From NCBI RefSeq assembly GCF_006345805.1, contig NC_043009.1, forward strand, positions 67,270,001-67,334,000: a stretch of DNA of 64,000 nt, in the 5' to 3' direction. This document shows, piece by piece, positions 12,530 to 26,142 of the stretch. The notes below the pieces were generated by a model. The model saw only the letters and a list, made by a program, of their open reading frames with translations, was not told the DNA's origin and made no database searches. The position numbers were made by a program, and so were the translations under genes. The stretch is from Octopus sinensis (taxonomy: Eukaryota). Positions within the stretch are counted from its first letter, which is position 1. The number at the start of each line of letters is the position of its first letter.

Positions 12530-14250
12530 TTGGTACAATAGCTCCATATAAAATCACTTGGGCATTGCCTGGTTTATATAGGAAGCATATATTTGCGATT
12601 GTCTATGTGCAGTAAACCCCAGTTGATTGAGTTGATTTGAGGTTTATTTATTAGCATTGCAGCTACAGATTTGTTTAGGGTTGCTTCTATTAAATAATTT
12701 TCTGTAATGGTGGTTAATTGAGAAATGCTTATTTATGAAAGCTATAAAAATTTTGGCAATATTAGTCTTAAACTTCAAAGAAGCAGAAGGTGTAAACCAG
12801 ATGATGTTACAGACTCTATTTCTTTGAATTGGACAGTAAGGTGTGAAGGATATATGTAATGTAAGTCTTTGAATCTGTTCGCTTTTAACACTTTATTATA
12901 ATATTACTTTATTTGATGACAAGTTGGAGATTCTTCTACTGATATTACTTCTGAGACTTGAAAATTATGAGTGAATGTCAGGAGTTAATAATTAATATCT
13001 GTGAGATTGCTGTAAGATATGTGCTTGTCTGTGTTTAATTTGAGGATAACAGCTAAGAAATTTACAATGGTGATAGTGTTCTTAGGCTGAAATATATGAA
13101 AGATGTTTATAAGGTAATTTAAAAAAATATATCTGATATATATTCATTGTCATGTTGAAATATAGTCAACCCATCATCTCTGTAGAAGCTCACTTTTATT
13201 GTGATAAATTTCTTGGTGTATCTAAACCGTATTGGCCACCCACATTGGCACTCTGCACTGCCAAAGTACTCTCTGCTATGTCAAATAAACTTGTGGGATC
13301 TTAATTTTGTTTTTTAACCCCCAGACAGAATCATCATCATCATTTAATGTCCGTGTTCTGTGCTGGCAATGTATTCAAAGAGTTTTCCTTGTGTGCATAA
13401 TATATCATTATCGTCTGTATTATCTTTTATCCTAGTAAATTCTAGGGTACTGAAGAGTAGAGGTTTAGCAATAAGACGATTAAAATTGAACAACATTGAT
13501 TTGGGTAAACTTGGTGTGGTCTTTATAAATTTTAATAATTTGATTAATGACTGCAATGCCATACATTCATTATTAGAGGGTATTTGACTTCCTAATTTTT
13601 CTCTTAATGTTGCTTAAGATTTTATCATCATCATCATTTAACGTCCATTGTCCATGCTGGCATGGGTTGGACAGTTTGACCGGAGATGACAAGCTGGAAG
13701 GCTGCACCAGGATCCAGTCTGATTTGGCATGGTTTTCTATGGCGAGATGCCCTTCCTAATGCCAACCACAACCACTCTGAGAGTGTCATGGGTGCTTTTA
13801 TGTGCCACTGGCACAGGTGCAATTTGTGTAACACCAGTTTCTGCCACGACTGCAATTTTGCTTGGGTTGATGGGTCTTCTTCTCAACCACAACATAATGC
13901 CAAAGGTCTTGGTCATTGCCTCCGTGAGGCCCAACACACGAAGAGGGCTCAGCCACCTTGCCTCCGTGAAGCCCATTCAAAAGAAACTCAGCCACTTTGC
14001 CTCCATAAGGACCAACGCTCCTTATTAATTAATTAATCCAATCTCTGTTTTTCCAGGATTCTTTTGATTAATTTGCATTTGAGATGGGAAGCGAAATTAA
14101 GTCTATGGGCCTTAAATGTGATGTAACTTTGGTTCTGGCCAAACATTCTATTCTGTTATTTAATTGTAGAGTCTTTGCCTCAATATTTTCGTTTCTAGTG
14201 CAGTACTCATCAGAAAATGACAGGTTTATTTGAGTACGGAATAAATTATG
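12530..14250 (-). pseudogene. decayed Penelope-like element ORF (RT to GIY-YIG region), interrupted by family C insertions
   Basis: Reverse-complement fragments read LNNRIECLA (about 14130-14160), YRDDGLTI (13184 downward), ITIVNFL, RRISNLSS, and NIIWFTPSASLKFKTNIAKIFIAFINKHFSINHHYRKLFNR. This matches the recalled PLE motifs in the right order, with many stops and frameshifts. Confidence 0.75.
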
Positions 14251-15313
14251 TAAACATGGTTGAAGGAAAATTTATAAATAAAATATTTTATATTACATTT
14301 GGATATTTTCACGTGAAGAATGTTATTGTATCTTTGTCAGTCATTTGTCACTATAGATTCTTAATCTGTCCATCTGTCTGTCTTTTTGCCTGTCTGCCTG
14401 TCTCTCTCTCTCCTCACCCTCTTCCTCACAGTAAATTCATTTTATCAGTTTGTATCTTCTTTTGCTTTTATCCTCCCCCCCCCAAATGCTTTGATTTGTA
14501 AATATTAATTTTTCACATTTCTTCCTTATTGTAAAGTTATCTCTCTTCTTTTCACCTCCTCCCTCATGTGTTATTACTTACTCATGTATACCTGTCCCTT
14601 TCTCATGTTTTTATCCTTGTCCTTCCTATATTTCACTGTATTGTTAGCATGTTTTCTATGGACTTTCTCTCTCTCTCTCTTTATCTAATACACTTTTCCA
14701 CTTCTCTCAGCACAGCCACTGCTTTCTCATTCCATATTCCTAAAACATAACAGAACAAAAATGTGACACACTTTTAGATATTATAGATTTGCACTCACTC
14801 TAGCATTATAGTTTTAGTTAACATCCTTGTTTAGGACTTACTTATGGGTTCCACTTTCTACTTGTATCAGGATATATGCAAGTTTTTTTTTTTTTTTTTA
14901 TATAGATATATTTTCTTTGATAGTCTTAATATCAAAGTTTTAACTTTGTTCTTGTACAACTTTAACTGTTGGATATCTTACTTGAGAGATCATATTCAAA
15001 TGTTCTTAGTCTCCCATACACACACAGACATGCACATGTGTGCACATTGACACATCCACACACATTTCTGCATGTACGTTTCTAACTGCAAATATGTAAC
15101 TGTCATTTATTTTGGTGCTGATGTCATTGTGATCTTTGTTGTTGTTTTTTTTCTTTCTGGTGTTTTTTATTGTATTGGTCACAGTAAAAGCAGTTGTCAT
15201 TGTTTTTGTTTATGTCATCACACACCTAAAATGGTTGTTGTAGATGTGTTGTGTCAGTTATTTACCAATTCCTAACTCTACCAAGTCAAACGTTTTCCCA
15301 TCTCTTGTTTCAG

Positions 15314-15406
15314 CAATGTCAAAGAGAAAGTGGCAGTAAACTTTCTCTGAAAGATTTGATTGCAAGACCTATCCAGCGGATACCCAGATATGAACTGCTA
15401 ATACAG
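15314..15406 (+). CDS. ARHGEF17: exon 2 (DH CR3), QCQRESGSKLSLKDLIARPIQRIPRYELLIQ
   Basis: tttcag / CAG|gttagt, 93 nt, phase 0-0. Hallmark DH motif PIQRIPRYELL. Confidence 0.95.
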
Positions 15407-18400
15407 GTTAGTGATCTCTCACTCTCTCTCTTTCTCTCTCTCTCATATGATCAAATTCACATTTCCTTGTAATACTTTCTTTTTTTCCCAACCTTTCTCA
15501 GCACAGCCACTGCTTTCTCATTCCATATTCCTAAAAAACATATTATTGATTTTTTCAAGTTTATCTTTTATCTTTTCTTTCACCTTTTACTTGTTTCAAT
15601 CATTTGATTGTGGCCATGCTGGGGCACTACCTTGTAGTCAAACAAATCAACCACAATACATATTTTGAAGCCTGGTATTTATTCTATTGATCTCTTTAGC
15701 AAAACTGCTAAGTTATAGGAACGTAAACAATCCAAACCAGTTGTCAAAGAAACACACACATATACACACATATATATGACGGGCTTTCACACAGTTTCTG
15801 TCTTCCAAAGTGTCATATTTGCTTTGAACATAAGTCCAAAGCCAAAAATTCAATAGGAGAGGTTAGTTGATTAGACTGAGCATGGTACCTGATTGTGAAT
15901 AAAATGTCTGCTTGGGGGAGACATGGAATCTGCAAGCTGCAGTGAAGGTGACCCGTCTAGGGGAGCCGTAACTTTGATTTAAAACTGACAGTTCTGAGAA
16001 GATCCCTTAGTCTTGACAAATAACTGTTTAAGTGATGATAGCATCATAAAATGTCCCTAGTTCATGCTGTAAAATGGTTAAATGATAAGTAATTCCAACT
16101 TGTAAAACCACTCAAAAATCATGGCATTTGTAAATATAATCATAGTCAAAGGTGTAGCTGTGTACTAAGAAGTTTGCTTCATAATCACATGGATCCGGGT
16201 TCAGTCTCACTGCAGACAAAATGCATGGGACCTTGGGCAAATATCATCTACTAAAGCTCAAGTTGACTTTGGGCATGCGAGTGGATTTGGTAGATGAAAA
16301 CTAAATGAAGCATGTCGTGAGTCTGTCTGTGTGTTTGTCTTTGTGTCTGTGTTTGTCTTCCACCATCACCACTTGAAACTGATGTTGGTGTGTTTATGTC
16401 CTTCTAACTTAGCGGTTGTGCAAAAGAGTCTAATAGAAAAAGTATTGGGCTTACAAAAAAAAAAAGCATTGGGTTTGATTCATTTAATTAAAAATTCTCA
16501 AAGGCGGTGCCCCAGCATGGCTGCAGTCTAATGACTGGAACAAGTAAAAAGTAAGAGGGATAATGAAAAACCCTAATTGTGTTTAAAGCTGCAGTTCCTG
16601 ACCGTTTTATATCACAGATCAGTTTCATTCAAGCCAATTTTCCAACTGATGGGATCATGTGCATAACAAAACCCATGGGTGCCACAGAGGGGGACTGAAC
16701 CCAAGAACATGTAGTTGTGAAGCTAGCTTTTTAACCACACAGCTACACCTTGTTACACGCTTTTTAAATTTTGAGTTTAAATCTTACTAAGATCTCTTTT
16801 ACCTTTCATCATTCTGAGGTTTATATTAAAAAAAAAAGACAGAAAGCCCATAATTACTAGGGTCGATGTAACTTGACCATATCGTTGAAGGTAGTGCTCT
16901 AGCATGGCCACAATCCGGTGACTGAAACCAGTGAAAAGGCACACATGGATGCACACACACACACACACAATGTTTATCATTGTGCTATAGTTATTCACCC
17001 AGGAAAAAGAAAAATCATTAATAAAAAGAAAATAGAAAAAAAATACAAGCATGATCACACACCCCCACCACCACCACTCTAATAAAACACTGAAAGGGGT
17101 TTGCCCCCCCCCCTTACCTCTGTTGATAACATGGTTATTTTGCTCTTAGCAATGGGTCCCGCCCTAATTTCTGCAGACACACCCTGCCTTTTCCTTCATT
17201 TCATCTCTTACTTACTTACTCTCTGCTGTTGGCACCAGGCTCACCACCTCCTCCGTTACATAGCCTCATCACTGGCAATCTCTCTATCACAATCATCCAC
17301 CACCACCACCAGCAAACCTTTGCTATACCACTTCCATACATCTATTGTAGTCACCATCATCACCACCACCACCATCTTGGTTCTGGCTGTTGGTATTGGT
17401 GGTGTGAAAAGAGATGTTAGTGGTGGTTAGTGGAGTTTACAGAGATGCTAGTTGTAGAAGTTTGGTGGTGGTGGTGGTGGTGCTGGTGGTGCTGGTGGTG
17501 GTGGTGGTGGTGGTGGTGGTAGAAATGCTGTGATGCAACCAATACTGAGTATTGGTGGTGGTGGTGGTGGTGGTATTGATGGTAGCAGTTGTAGTAATAG
17601 TGGTTGTAGTAGTAATTTTTGTTTGTATCGGTGGTAGTATTTGGTACTGTTTGAGATGCTGGGTTAAGGTGTATGTCCTGGGGAACTTGGGTTTCTTGTA
17701 GCAGATGTTGATGTTTTCAGAGAGAGAGAAAGCGAGAGACACTGCTAATACAATGCACATATTCAAACATGTGTACAGATGTTGAAATATACAGTTAAAT
17801 AGAATTCAGGTGAAAAGTTTGTAGAATGCTATGTAAAGCTCATCCATGGTTATTGGCTACCTGATGTCATTATACAGTGGAAATGCTCCTGCTATTAGAT
17901 GTACATCAGGAATTCCATAATATCCATAAACTGCTGAAAACGACTCATCATGTTGGGTACGCATTCTCACACTGAGTGAAACGATGGTAGGATCTAAGGA
18001 AGAACTTACTCACCTGAGCAGGTGCATTGGCGGATGACAGTGATTACATGAAATTTCACCTGTGTACTTGGGTGTAGAAATGTGTTGAAATAAATGTAGC
18101 GATTTTAAATATAGAATGTCATTCATTCCATTTTCTGTCTGTCTGTCTGTCTCGTGAAAGTTTCAAAGAAAGGTGGGTGAATGTAGCAAAGATGGTGCGT
18201 GTGAGCAACGAAACCACTTTGAGCATGATCCTGTAAATCATAAAAAGAGAGAGAGAGAGCACTTTGCTCTCATGTGTTTATTCCCTCCCTGCCTGAGGTT
18301 ACTGTGGTCTTTTCCGTAGGCTTTTCTTTCCACAGATAAACCTAATCTTGCTTTTTACATTTTAAAAATTTCTTCTTTTTACTTCTTTTTCTCTTTTTTT

Positions 18401-18569
18401 TTTCCTTTTTCTTTTTCATTTTCGAAAAGAAAAGCTCTACATTTGTATTTGTTCCCTCTGTTTTCAGCCCTGTGTGGCCAATAGAGAAAGTTATCTATCT
18501 ATCTATCTCCCTCCCTCCCTCCTCCTTGATTGTTGGTCTGGCCCTGGGGAATGAATTCTCAATGCAAAA

Positions 18570-18988
18570 TACCACATTTCCAGGAGTGACACATGTGGCA
18601 GGTCTTCCAGGCCGCTCATCATCTTCCAGGGATGCTCTTCTGCTTTTGAAGTGCCTGTGCCATTTGAAAAATTGCATATGAACCATTACCTCTTCACTGT
18701 AAGCTCATCGAAGCATGCTCAATCTTTCTGTCATAGACTTCCCAAGTTTAACACAAAATTTCTCATTGCCGCTTTGTTCCTGTCCATGACAAAATTGTAG
18801 ACTGAACATACACGTGATCACAAAAACAATACAAAAATAATTTCACAACTTGTGAAGTAAACACAGCGAAGTCACTCAGCACACTGCTTCATCTAGGTCA
18901 CTGCTAGCTCTCACTGGGTAAGCAACCATGTGCTGCCACCTGTTGGCATACTACAGAACTAGCCTGGGAAGTTTTTGATAGCATTTCG
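18570..18988 (-). mobile_element. mariner 5' remnant (TIR plus transposase HTH start)
   Basis: Reverse complement begins ta-CGAAATGCTATCAAAAACTTCC, ATG at 18787, then FCVKLGKSMTE...FFKWHRHFKSRRASLEDDERPGRP. Confidence 0.75.
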
Positions 18989-19849
18989 TATGCACAGCTA
19001 TTCGTGAAACAGCTGTAAAGAGACTCCTTTATTTCTATGATACCCTTTACTCCAACAACTCCATTGTAACAACTCTACAATTATGTTTGAATAATGAACT
19101 CCATGCTCTAAAGTGATACCACATGTTTCCCTGTTCATTCTTTCTTTCTAATATATATTTTCCTCCCACTCAAAGATGAACCACTTATAGCCATTTGTTG
19201 CTAGGCAGCTACAACACCACGTTTCGGTTTAGTTGCAGTTCAAGTCAGAGTGTTAAGTGGTAAACCAAACCCGAGCACTTATTGTATATACCTATTACAT
19301 TACGTCATTAATGCAATTTTATCTGCACTTATACCTATGTATACATACACATATGCGCGCACGCACAAAACCACACGCACTATTCTACTAAATTTGCTTC
19401 AGTACTATTTCTGAAGAATCTGAAAAATGAAATTGTCAGTAAAATAGTTTTCTTGAATTTGTTCAGCTTTTTTACTCTCTTTCCAGTATTGAGTACTTCG
19501 TAATCATTGATGTTTGTACATCTGTGCAATTACTTAGATTTAATAATATATTTTGTATTTTTATTACATAAACGTGTGTGTGTGTATGTGTGTGTGTGTG
19601 TGTGATAAAAAGAAAAGCCTAATGAAGAAGATTAAATCCACTCTTTTGAAAAAGAAATGTTTGTTAAAAGTTGGCACCTAAACCTCTCTGGTGTCTTATT
19701 TCTTTGGTTCCAATCAGATTCCACTGATAATGGTAATTGTTTTTTGGTACGACCTGGTGGCAGGGGTCAGCAGAAATCTTGCCCCACCCTAGAGAGCACT
19801 TCTCATTCTAACCAGCCAGCCTCCTCCTTTACCACACTCATCATGTCTT

Positions 19850-20176
19850 GTGAGTGTGTGTATGTGTGTGTGTGTGTGTGTATACACATACATATATACA
19901 TGCATATATATATATATACACACACACATATATACGTATACGTACATACACACACACACATGTATATATACATACATACACACACACATATATATATATG
20001 CATACACACATTTATATATATATATATATATAATATATATATATAACATACATATATACGCGCACACACACACCTTTATATATATATATATAATATATAT
20101 ATACACTATTATATATATATATATGTATATATATATTTATGTATATGTATATATATATTTATATATATGTATATGT

Positions 20177-20208
<32 letters not shown>

Positions 20209-20340
20209 ATGTGTATATATATATATATATATACACACACACATATATCTACACATACATACACACACACTTATATATATGTATATACACACACACACAC
20301 ACATAAATAAATGTGTGTATATATATAATCTAAATGTGGT
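19850..20340. repeat. compound (TA)n/(CA)n microsatellite
   Basis: Visible directly. Similar tracts at 1255-1495, 5440-5630, 5960-6200, 56820-56980 and 62640-62790. Confidence 0.95.
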
Positions 20341-21679
20341 GCATACATACATGTATTCCTCCACATACTTGCAAACGTAAACATACAATATTCTTGTGCG
20401 TGAGTGAGAGAGAGAGAGAGAGAGAGGAAGAGAGAGAAGGGTGTGTACGTGACTTTGATTCCAAAGAGGGTTTTCTTAGCCAGAATTAATGCGAAGTGTT
20501 AGTCAGCCTAGATTGCACTCCATCACAACTGGGTGGTTATCAGACCCTGTGCATGTTGAGTCAGAAGGAAAAAGTCTCCTTCCTTCATATATGTGTGTAT
20601 GTATGTGTGTGCAGACACACATACATACATGACCTCCACATCTACATGCTGTCTCACATACACATTCAGGTATCGCATACACACACACATATACACACAC
20701 ATTTTTGTGATAATCTGGAAGTTTGTTTCTTTGACAGCAACAGTTGCTATGGTGATGATGATGATGACGGTCATGGTAGCAATGTGGTAGAGGTTGCAGT
20801 AAAAGTGGTCGTGGTCCTTGTAATTATTGCAGTAGTAGTACTGGTTGTAGTGATAGTAGTAGTAGTAGTGGTGGTGGTGGTGGTGGTGGTAGTTGAAGTA
20901 GTAGTGGTGGCGGTGGTGATGGTGGTGGTAGATGATGTAGTAGTATTGGTGGTAGTAGTAGTGGTGATGATGATAGTTTTTGTAGTAGTAATGGTGGTGG
21001 TGGTGTTCCTTGTATGTCCTCACTCTCAATCTTATCCCCTATTTTCTTATCCTAAACGTTGTTTGCTATATTTTCTGCAAAAAAAAAAAACAAATAAAAA
21101 AATAAATGAAAGCAGAAAAAAAAAAAGAAGTGAGATAAAATGTAGAAGGAGATGTGTGGAGATAGGGCCTGGGGTAGACAGAAATAAACCTGTCTTCTGG
21201 TAGGAATCTTTGTGAATGAGTCATTCATAGAATGGTGTATTGGTGGTACTGTAGATTAAAATCTAAGGAAACCTTTAAACTGCAGCATTTATTTTTGCTT
21301 TAGTTAGGGAGGAGCCCTTAACTGATGGAACCCCTGGTCATAAGTGAAAGTTGCTTCGTTTATTTTCCTCTTGTATTTTACACACACACACACACACACG
21401 ACATATCTTGGTCATTTTTGGACTTCTACTGGATCGAGTCACATCTGTTAGCTTTAGGCCTTCCTACCTGTCCATATTAGCCAAGTGCAGGTTGCATGAG
21501 GTGCTCTTGTACACAGAGGATTAGCCCTGGTTGAGAACACCTAGGCATAATCTGAGCCTAGAACAACACAATCCTTGTGGGTTCGATAAAATAAAATAGC
21601 TGCCAAGTTCTGAGGTTGGCATAATTCACCCACATTTCTTCCTCTCCCAGTTTTTTGGCAATTGTATGTGAGAAATGAA

Positions 21680-22620
21680 TGATTATTACCTCCACCTTAA
21701 CGAAGGCAGAGGTATTATTTTCAGTTGTGCTCGATTTGTTTTTTTGTCTGTGGACAAGATATCTCAAAAACTGCTGGATGGATTCGGATGTAACTTTCAG
21801 GGATGTTTGGCCTTGTGACTGGCATGAACTGATTAGATTTTGGGATCGATCTGGTTCCAGACAAGGATTCTGGATTATTTGTTATATTTACTTTACTTTA
21901 CATGATTACGATCTTAAGTTGACTTTCAAGTCTTTCTCAATTATCTCCCCTTAGGCTGTTTCCAAGGTTTTATTTTTGTTTCTCTATTATTAATTTTACT
22001 CATGTCTCTATCTTAGTAGAAACTGATGGATAAAGAAATCAAACTACATAAACAAATGGCAGCTAAAACGGTTAAGAAATTAAATAACACTAACATATTT
22101 TTATAATATATATATATTATATATTATACATACATATTAACATTTTACAGTGTAATTACATATATACATACATCTATACATCGATCTTTAAAACAACAGG
22201 GATACTAAAGGAAGGCCGGAATTTAAGAGAAGAGAAAAGCAAAAGGTCTCATGCTATTCATTTCAAAATTCCTGAATAGAACTCATTATTATTACCTCCA
22301 CCTTTGAAACTATTTTGAATGGGGAATTTGTTAAGTTTGACTTGTATTAGATAAGGATAAGTTATTCATTACTGTTACTAAATTTTCTACAGCCACATTC
22401 ACATTCCATGACAACCATTGAATTCAATCGGGTACCGGACAAAGATTCTGGATTATATTTCTAGTTTTTTTACTTAATTTTTGAGAGTGGTCAGGTTAAT
22501 TTTTAGTATTTTCGTTTGTGAGAGCATTCGAGTTTATTTCAGATATTTTCATTTTAAAAATCATCTCTGGTTGTTGTTATTGCCCCACTGGCCTCCTTTA
22601 ACCGAGAGGGGAAAGCAATT
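21680..22620 (+). repeat. interspersed repeat, probably a non-autonomous DNA element (two partial copies)
   Basis: attacctccacctt at about 21685 and 22292, and a shared gacaa.gattctggatt body. Class not determined. Confidence 0.35.
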
Positions 22621-23123
22621 TTCATTTGTCTGGTGGCTGTAGCGAAAGAAGTAGTATGGTGGACCCATTTGAAAGGGCTAAAGTCAGACACTTTCCTCTT
22701 TGGCCAAGGCCTCATCAACTTTTTCAAGTTCTACTTGAAAAGGAAAGTGGGGGTAGAGAAGATAGTGTTGTCTTCTAGAAAATTTGTTGAAAGGTGGGTG
22801 AATGTCGGGAAAATGGCCAGTATGGATGGACCAATTCTGAGATTACACCTGTAAAAAAAAAAAAGGTATAAAAGGAGAAAGGGCTCTTGCCCTGTTGATC
22901 AGGCACCCATGGCTTTTATGGGTTTTTCCATAAGTAACCTTTAAAGCACCTCCCCCTATTAGGAGTTTTACTTGTTACATTGTGTTTTTGTTAGGAAATG
23001 TGTACATGGACCTTTTTTTTTTTTTTGCAAAACCCTTTGTATATCATCTTGTGTTGTCCTTTAATGTTTTGATTTATATTAGCCCTTGTGGCCAATAAAA
23101 AGAATTGTTATCATTATTATTAA

Positions 23124-23348
23124 GGCAGTGAGCTGGCAGAAACATTAGCATGTTGGACAAAGTGCTTAACAATACTTTGCCCATTGCTACAATCTGAGTT
23201 CAAATTCCGCTGAGGTCGACTTTGCTTTTCATCCTTTCAGGGTTGATAAATTAAGTACCAGTTGCATACTAGGGTAAATCAAATCTACTGACCCCCCCAC
23301 ACACACACAAGAAAAAAAATTTCAGGCCTTGTGCCTTTAGTAGAAAGG

Positions 23349-23350
<2 letters not shown>
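23124..23350 (+). mobile_element. tRNA-headed SINE (family B)
   Basis: ggcagtgagctggcagaaac.ttagc...gagttcaaattcc..gaggtcgactttgc.tttcatcctttc.ggg. Other copies at about 35095-35300(+), 43363-43588(-), 48045-48190(+), 54478-54660(-), 54690-54950(-). Confidence 0.85.
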
Positions 23351-23394
<44 letters not shown>

Positions 23395-24545
23395 GTCTTC
23401 AGTCAGATCTGAATAGTCTTGTCTTTGGCAAAAAAAATAATCAATTGTTTGTGGAGAGATCAATCTCCGAATAATACGATTTTGCTGTTGTTGCAGTCAC
23501 TGTTCAATCCCGGTCGATCCTGATCAAAGATACCACTATTGGAAGGCAATCCAGCCATAACCAACCCATAATGTTTTTCAGGCATAGTGTACCTTCAAGA
23601 ACTTTATCCACTATGTCTTTTCCCCCCACCCCTCCCAGACAGTCGGCTTTGTTTTGAGGAGATTTGGTTGCCATTCTCAAAGGTCAAACAATTCACACAA
23701 AAAGACCAGCCTTGCTATATTAATAACTTGGCTGCATCACACCACAACCTGTTATGTTACACTCTTCCCAGCTTATTTATCAAACCGTGTGGTTCTGTTA
23801 GCTCGCAGATTTATCATTTTGCTTTTAATCTTACTGTCCAACTTAATTTAGCAGATATCTTTGATGTTGTTGTTGTTGCTCTTGTTGTAGCATCTCTTCT
23901 TTTCTGCATTGGCTTTGTTCACCTGAGTCTTCAATTCCAGCTCTGTATTCCATGCACAATGAACCATTTATCTATTGTGCACTGGCCCTCTCCGACTGCC
24001 TGCCTCTCTGTCTGTGGCTTTGTCACCTACACCAGTGCATCACACTTCTTTTCCGTCATGTTGTGAGGCAAGAATTGGCCACAGCTCCAGGATTGGCTTT
24101 ATGGCTTATTTATAGACACAAGGTGTGGCTGTGTGGATAAGAAGCTTGCTTTCCAATCGTATGACCTTAGGTTCAATCCCACTGTAGGATACCATGCTCA
24201 AATGGTGTTTTTTTTTTATGTGCCACCTGAACAGGAGCCAAGTTCAGCGGCACTCAAAGACAACAAATTTCCAGTAATTTAATTTTTAGTAATTAAAAGA
24301 AATCAGAAGCACTTTTCTAAGCAAAAAAGTACAAAGCATATCTGAGAAGCAATTATATTGTGTACTCAAATCTTCAAGAACTAACTTATTACTATCATTA
24401 TTATTATTATTATTATTGCAGGGTCAGTGAAGTAAGTAGTGGGGTCAGTGTAATTGACTGGGCCCTTTCCCCAGAATTTCAGGTCTTGTGCTTATAGTGG
24501 AAAGGATTATTGTTATCGTTATTTCTCCTCTACCATTTTGTTTAG

Positions 24546-24713
24546 CGGCTCCTTGAGAACACACCTAAAGACCATCCTGACTCACCGTTACTCATGCAAG
24601 CGGAGAAAGTGATGCATGAAATAGCTTTGAAGATTGGTTCCATCAACGACAGCCAACAGGAAGAAGGCCAGCATGAAACCCTTCGAAAATTAGAGATGCT
24701 GCTTATCACAGAT
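24546..24713 (+). CDS. ARHGEF17: exon 3 (DH end), RLLENTPKDHPD...LEMLLITD
   Basis: tttag / GAT|gtaagt, 168 nt, phase 0-0. TPxDHPD motif. Confidence 0.95.
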
Positions 24714-26091
24714 GTAAGTATCAGCTTTGTTTGTGTCCCTTACTTTTGGCTCCAGTCCCTAGGCATCACATTACTTTGGTAGTTGCAGGCTCCTTGAAGA
24801 AAACCTCAACTTCAGCACTCTGATATTAACATAAGCCACATTTACATGATCTGAATGTTTCAACCCTTTCACTCTAAGGAACCCTAGTGTCTGTCACAAT
24901 CAAGGGCAACTGTGGCCCACAGGGCCTTCTGAATGGTTAGGCCTAATGAAAAATTAACTTAAAATGTTTTTGTCATGTGACTCACCTGATGATGAGCTAG
25001 GTCTCATGCAGTCCACTTCTTGAGAAAGGTTACCCATGCGGGTCCAAGACCTGTTTGCACAGCTCAGAAAGTGGCAACAGTTTTATTGCTTTAACACTTG
25101 ATATGGAAGGAAAGGCTGCATAAATGTTTGTGCCAAATGAACAAAAGACACAAAAAATATCTCGGTTTCTTTTGGGGAATTTTTAGAACTATTTTCACTT
25201 TAAATAAATACAAAAACCAAAATGATTATTTCTCTCTCACACAATAAAATTTAGTTTCATTATTGAAAAATGTTGCATAATATTCACTTTTCTTTGGTGA
25301 GGGTCATGTAAAAGTTTTTGAAATATTAATTGATTATGTCTGCTGCTTAAGGATTAAGGAGAAATTTGGTAACCATAGTGAATCTTTGAATAATTTAAAG
25401 TGTGTATCTAGAGTCTAGTGATTTGCAACCAAGGAAAAAATTGGGGCATATTGTGGTGATTGTCAAATGTTGAGGATAAGACTTTACTGGCTAGAAGCAT
25501 GAGAACACAGCACAATAGCTATAACAGGGGATCAATATAGGGCCCCTCTTTTAAATCCACATTAATAGTAATCCAGAATTGGTAGAGCATCTATAATAAT
25601 GCCTTGTGTTATTTAGCTAGGTACCTTTACTTCTTTTATTAACCTCAGGAAGAAGGTCAGTGAAATTAAGTACCAGTCATATACTGAGGGCCTTGTACCT
25701 TTATTACAAATCCATAATTACCAGTGGACTAATCCACCAGTATGTACTACCCTGCAGTGTGTAACTACCCTCCAATATGTACCAACCACCCAGGGTGTAT
25801 CAATCCTCCAGTGTTGTCGTCATTGTTTTAGTTTCTCTTGTTCTTATTGGAACATCAGACAACAAAACTCTGCCCTGGTGATATTTGTTCATCCATTGTT
25901 CCAGCTTACTTCCATCTCTCCCCCCCTCTTCCTTCCTTTACCAAATCTGTGTCTAATTCCAGTTATTATTCAACCACAGAATTTGTCTTTCTTCTCTCCA
26001 CCATAACACAGTCTGGCCCCTACACCTTCAGTGCTGCACTCATCAGAACCTCCTCTTCTCGTCTCTGATTTTGTTTTATTTTTGCTTGTAG

Positions 26092-26142
26092 TTAGCGGCA
26101 CCTGACCGAACTTACCTGCGCCACGATATGGTACAGATAATG
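26092..26142 (+). CDS. ARHGEF17: exon 4 (PH start), LAAPDRTYLRHDMVQIM
   Basis: ttgtag / ATG|gtaagt, 51 nt, phase 0-0. Resembles the recalled LQAPLRRFLRQEMV. Confidence 0.88.

Noticed and set aside
17460-17575. (GGT)n G-quadruplex as a functional element
   Set aside because: Such tracts are common background in this window, and nothing singles this one out.
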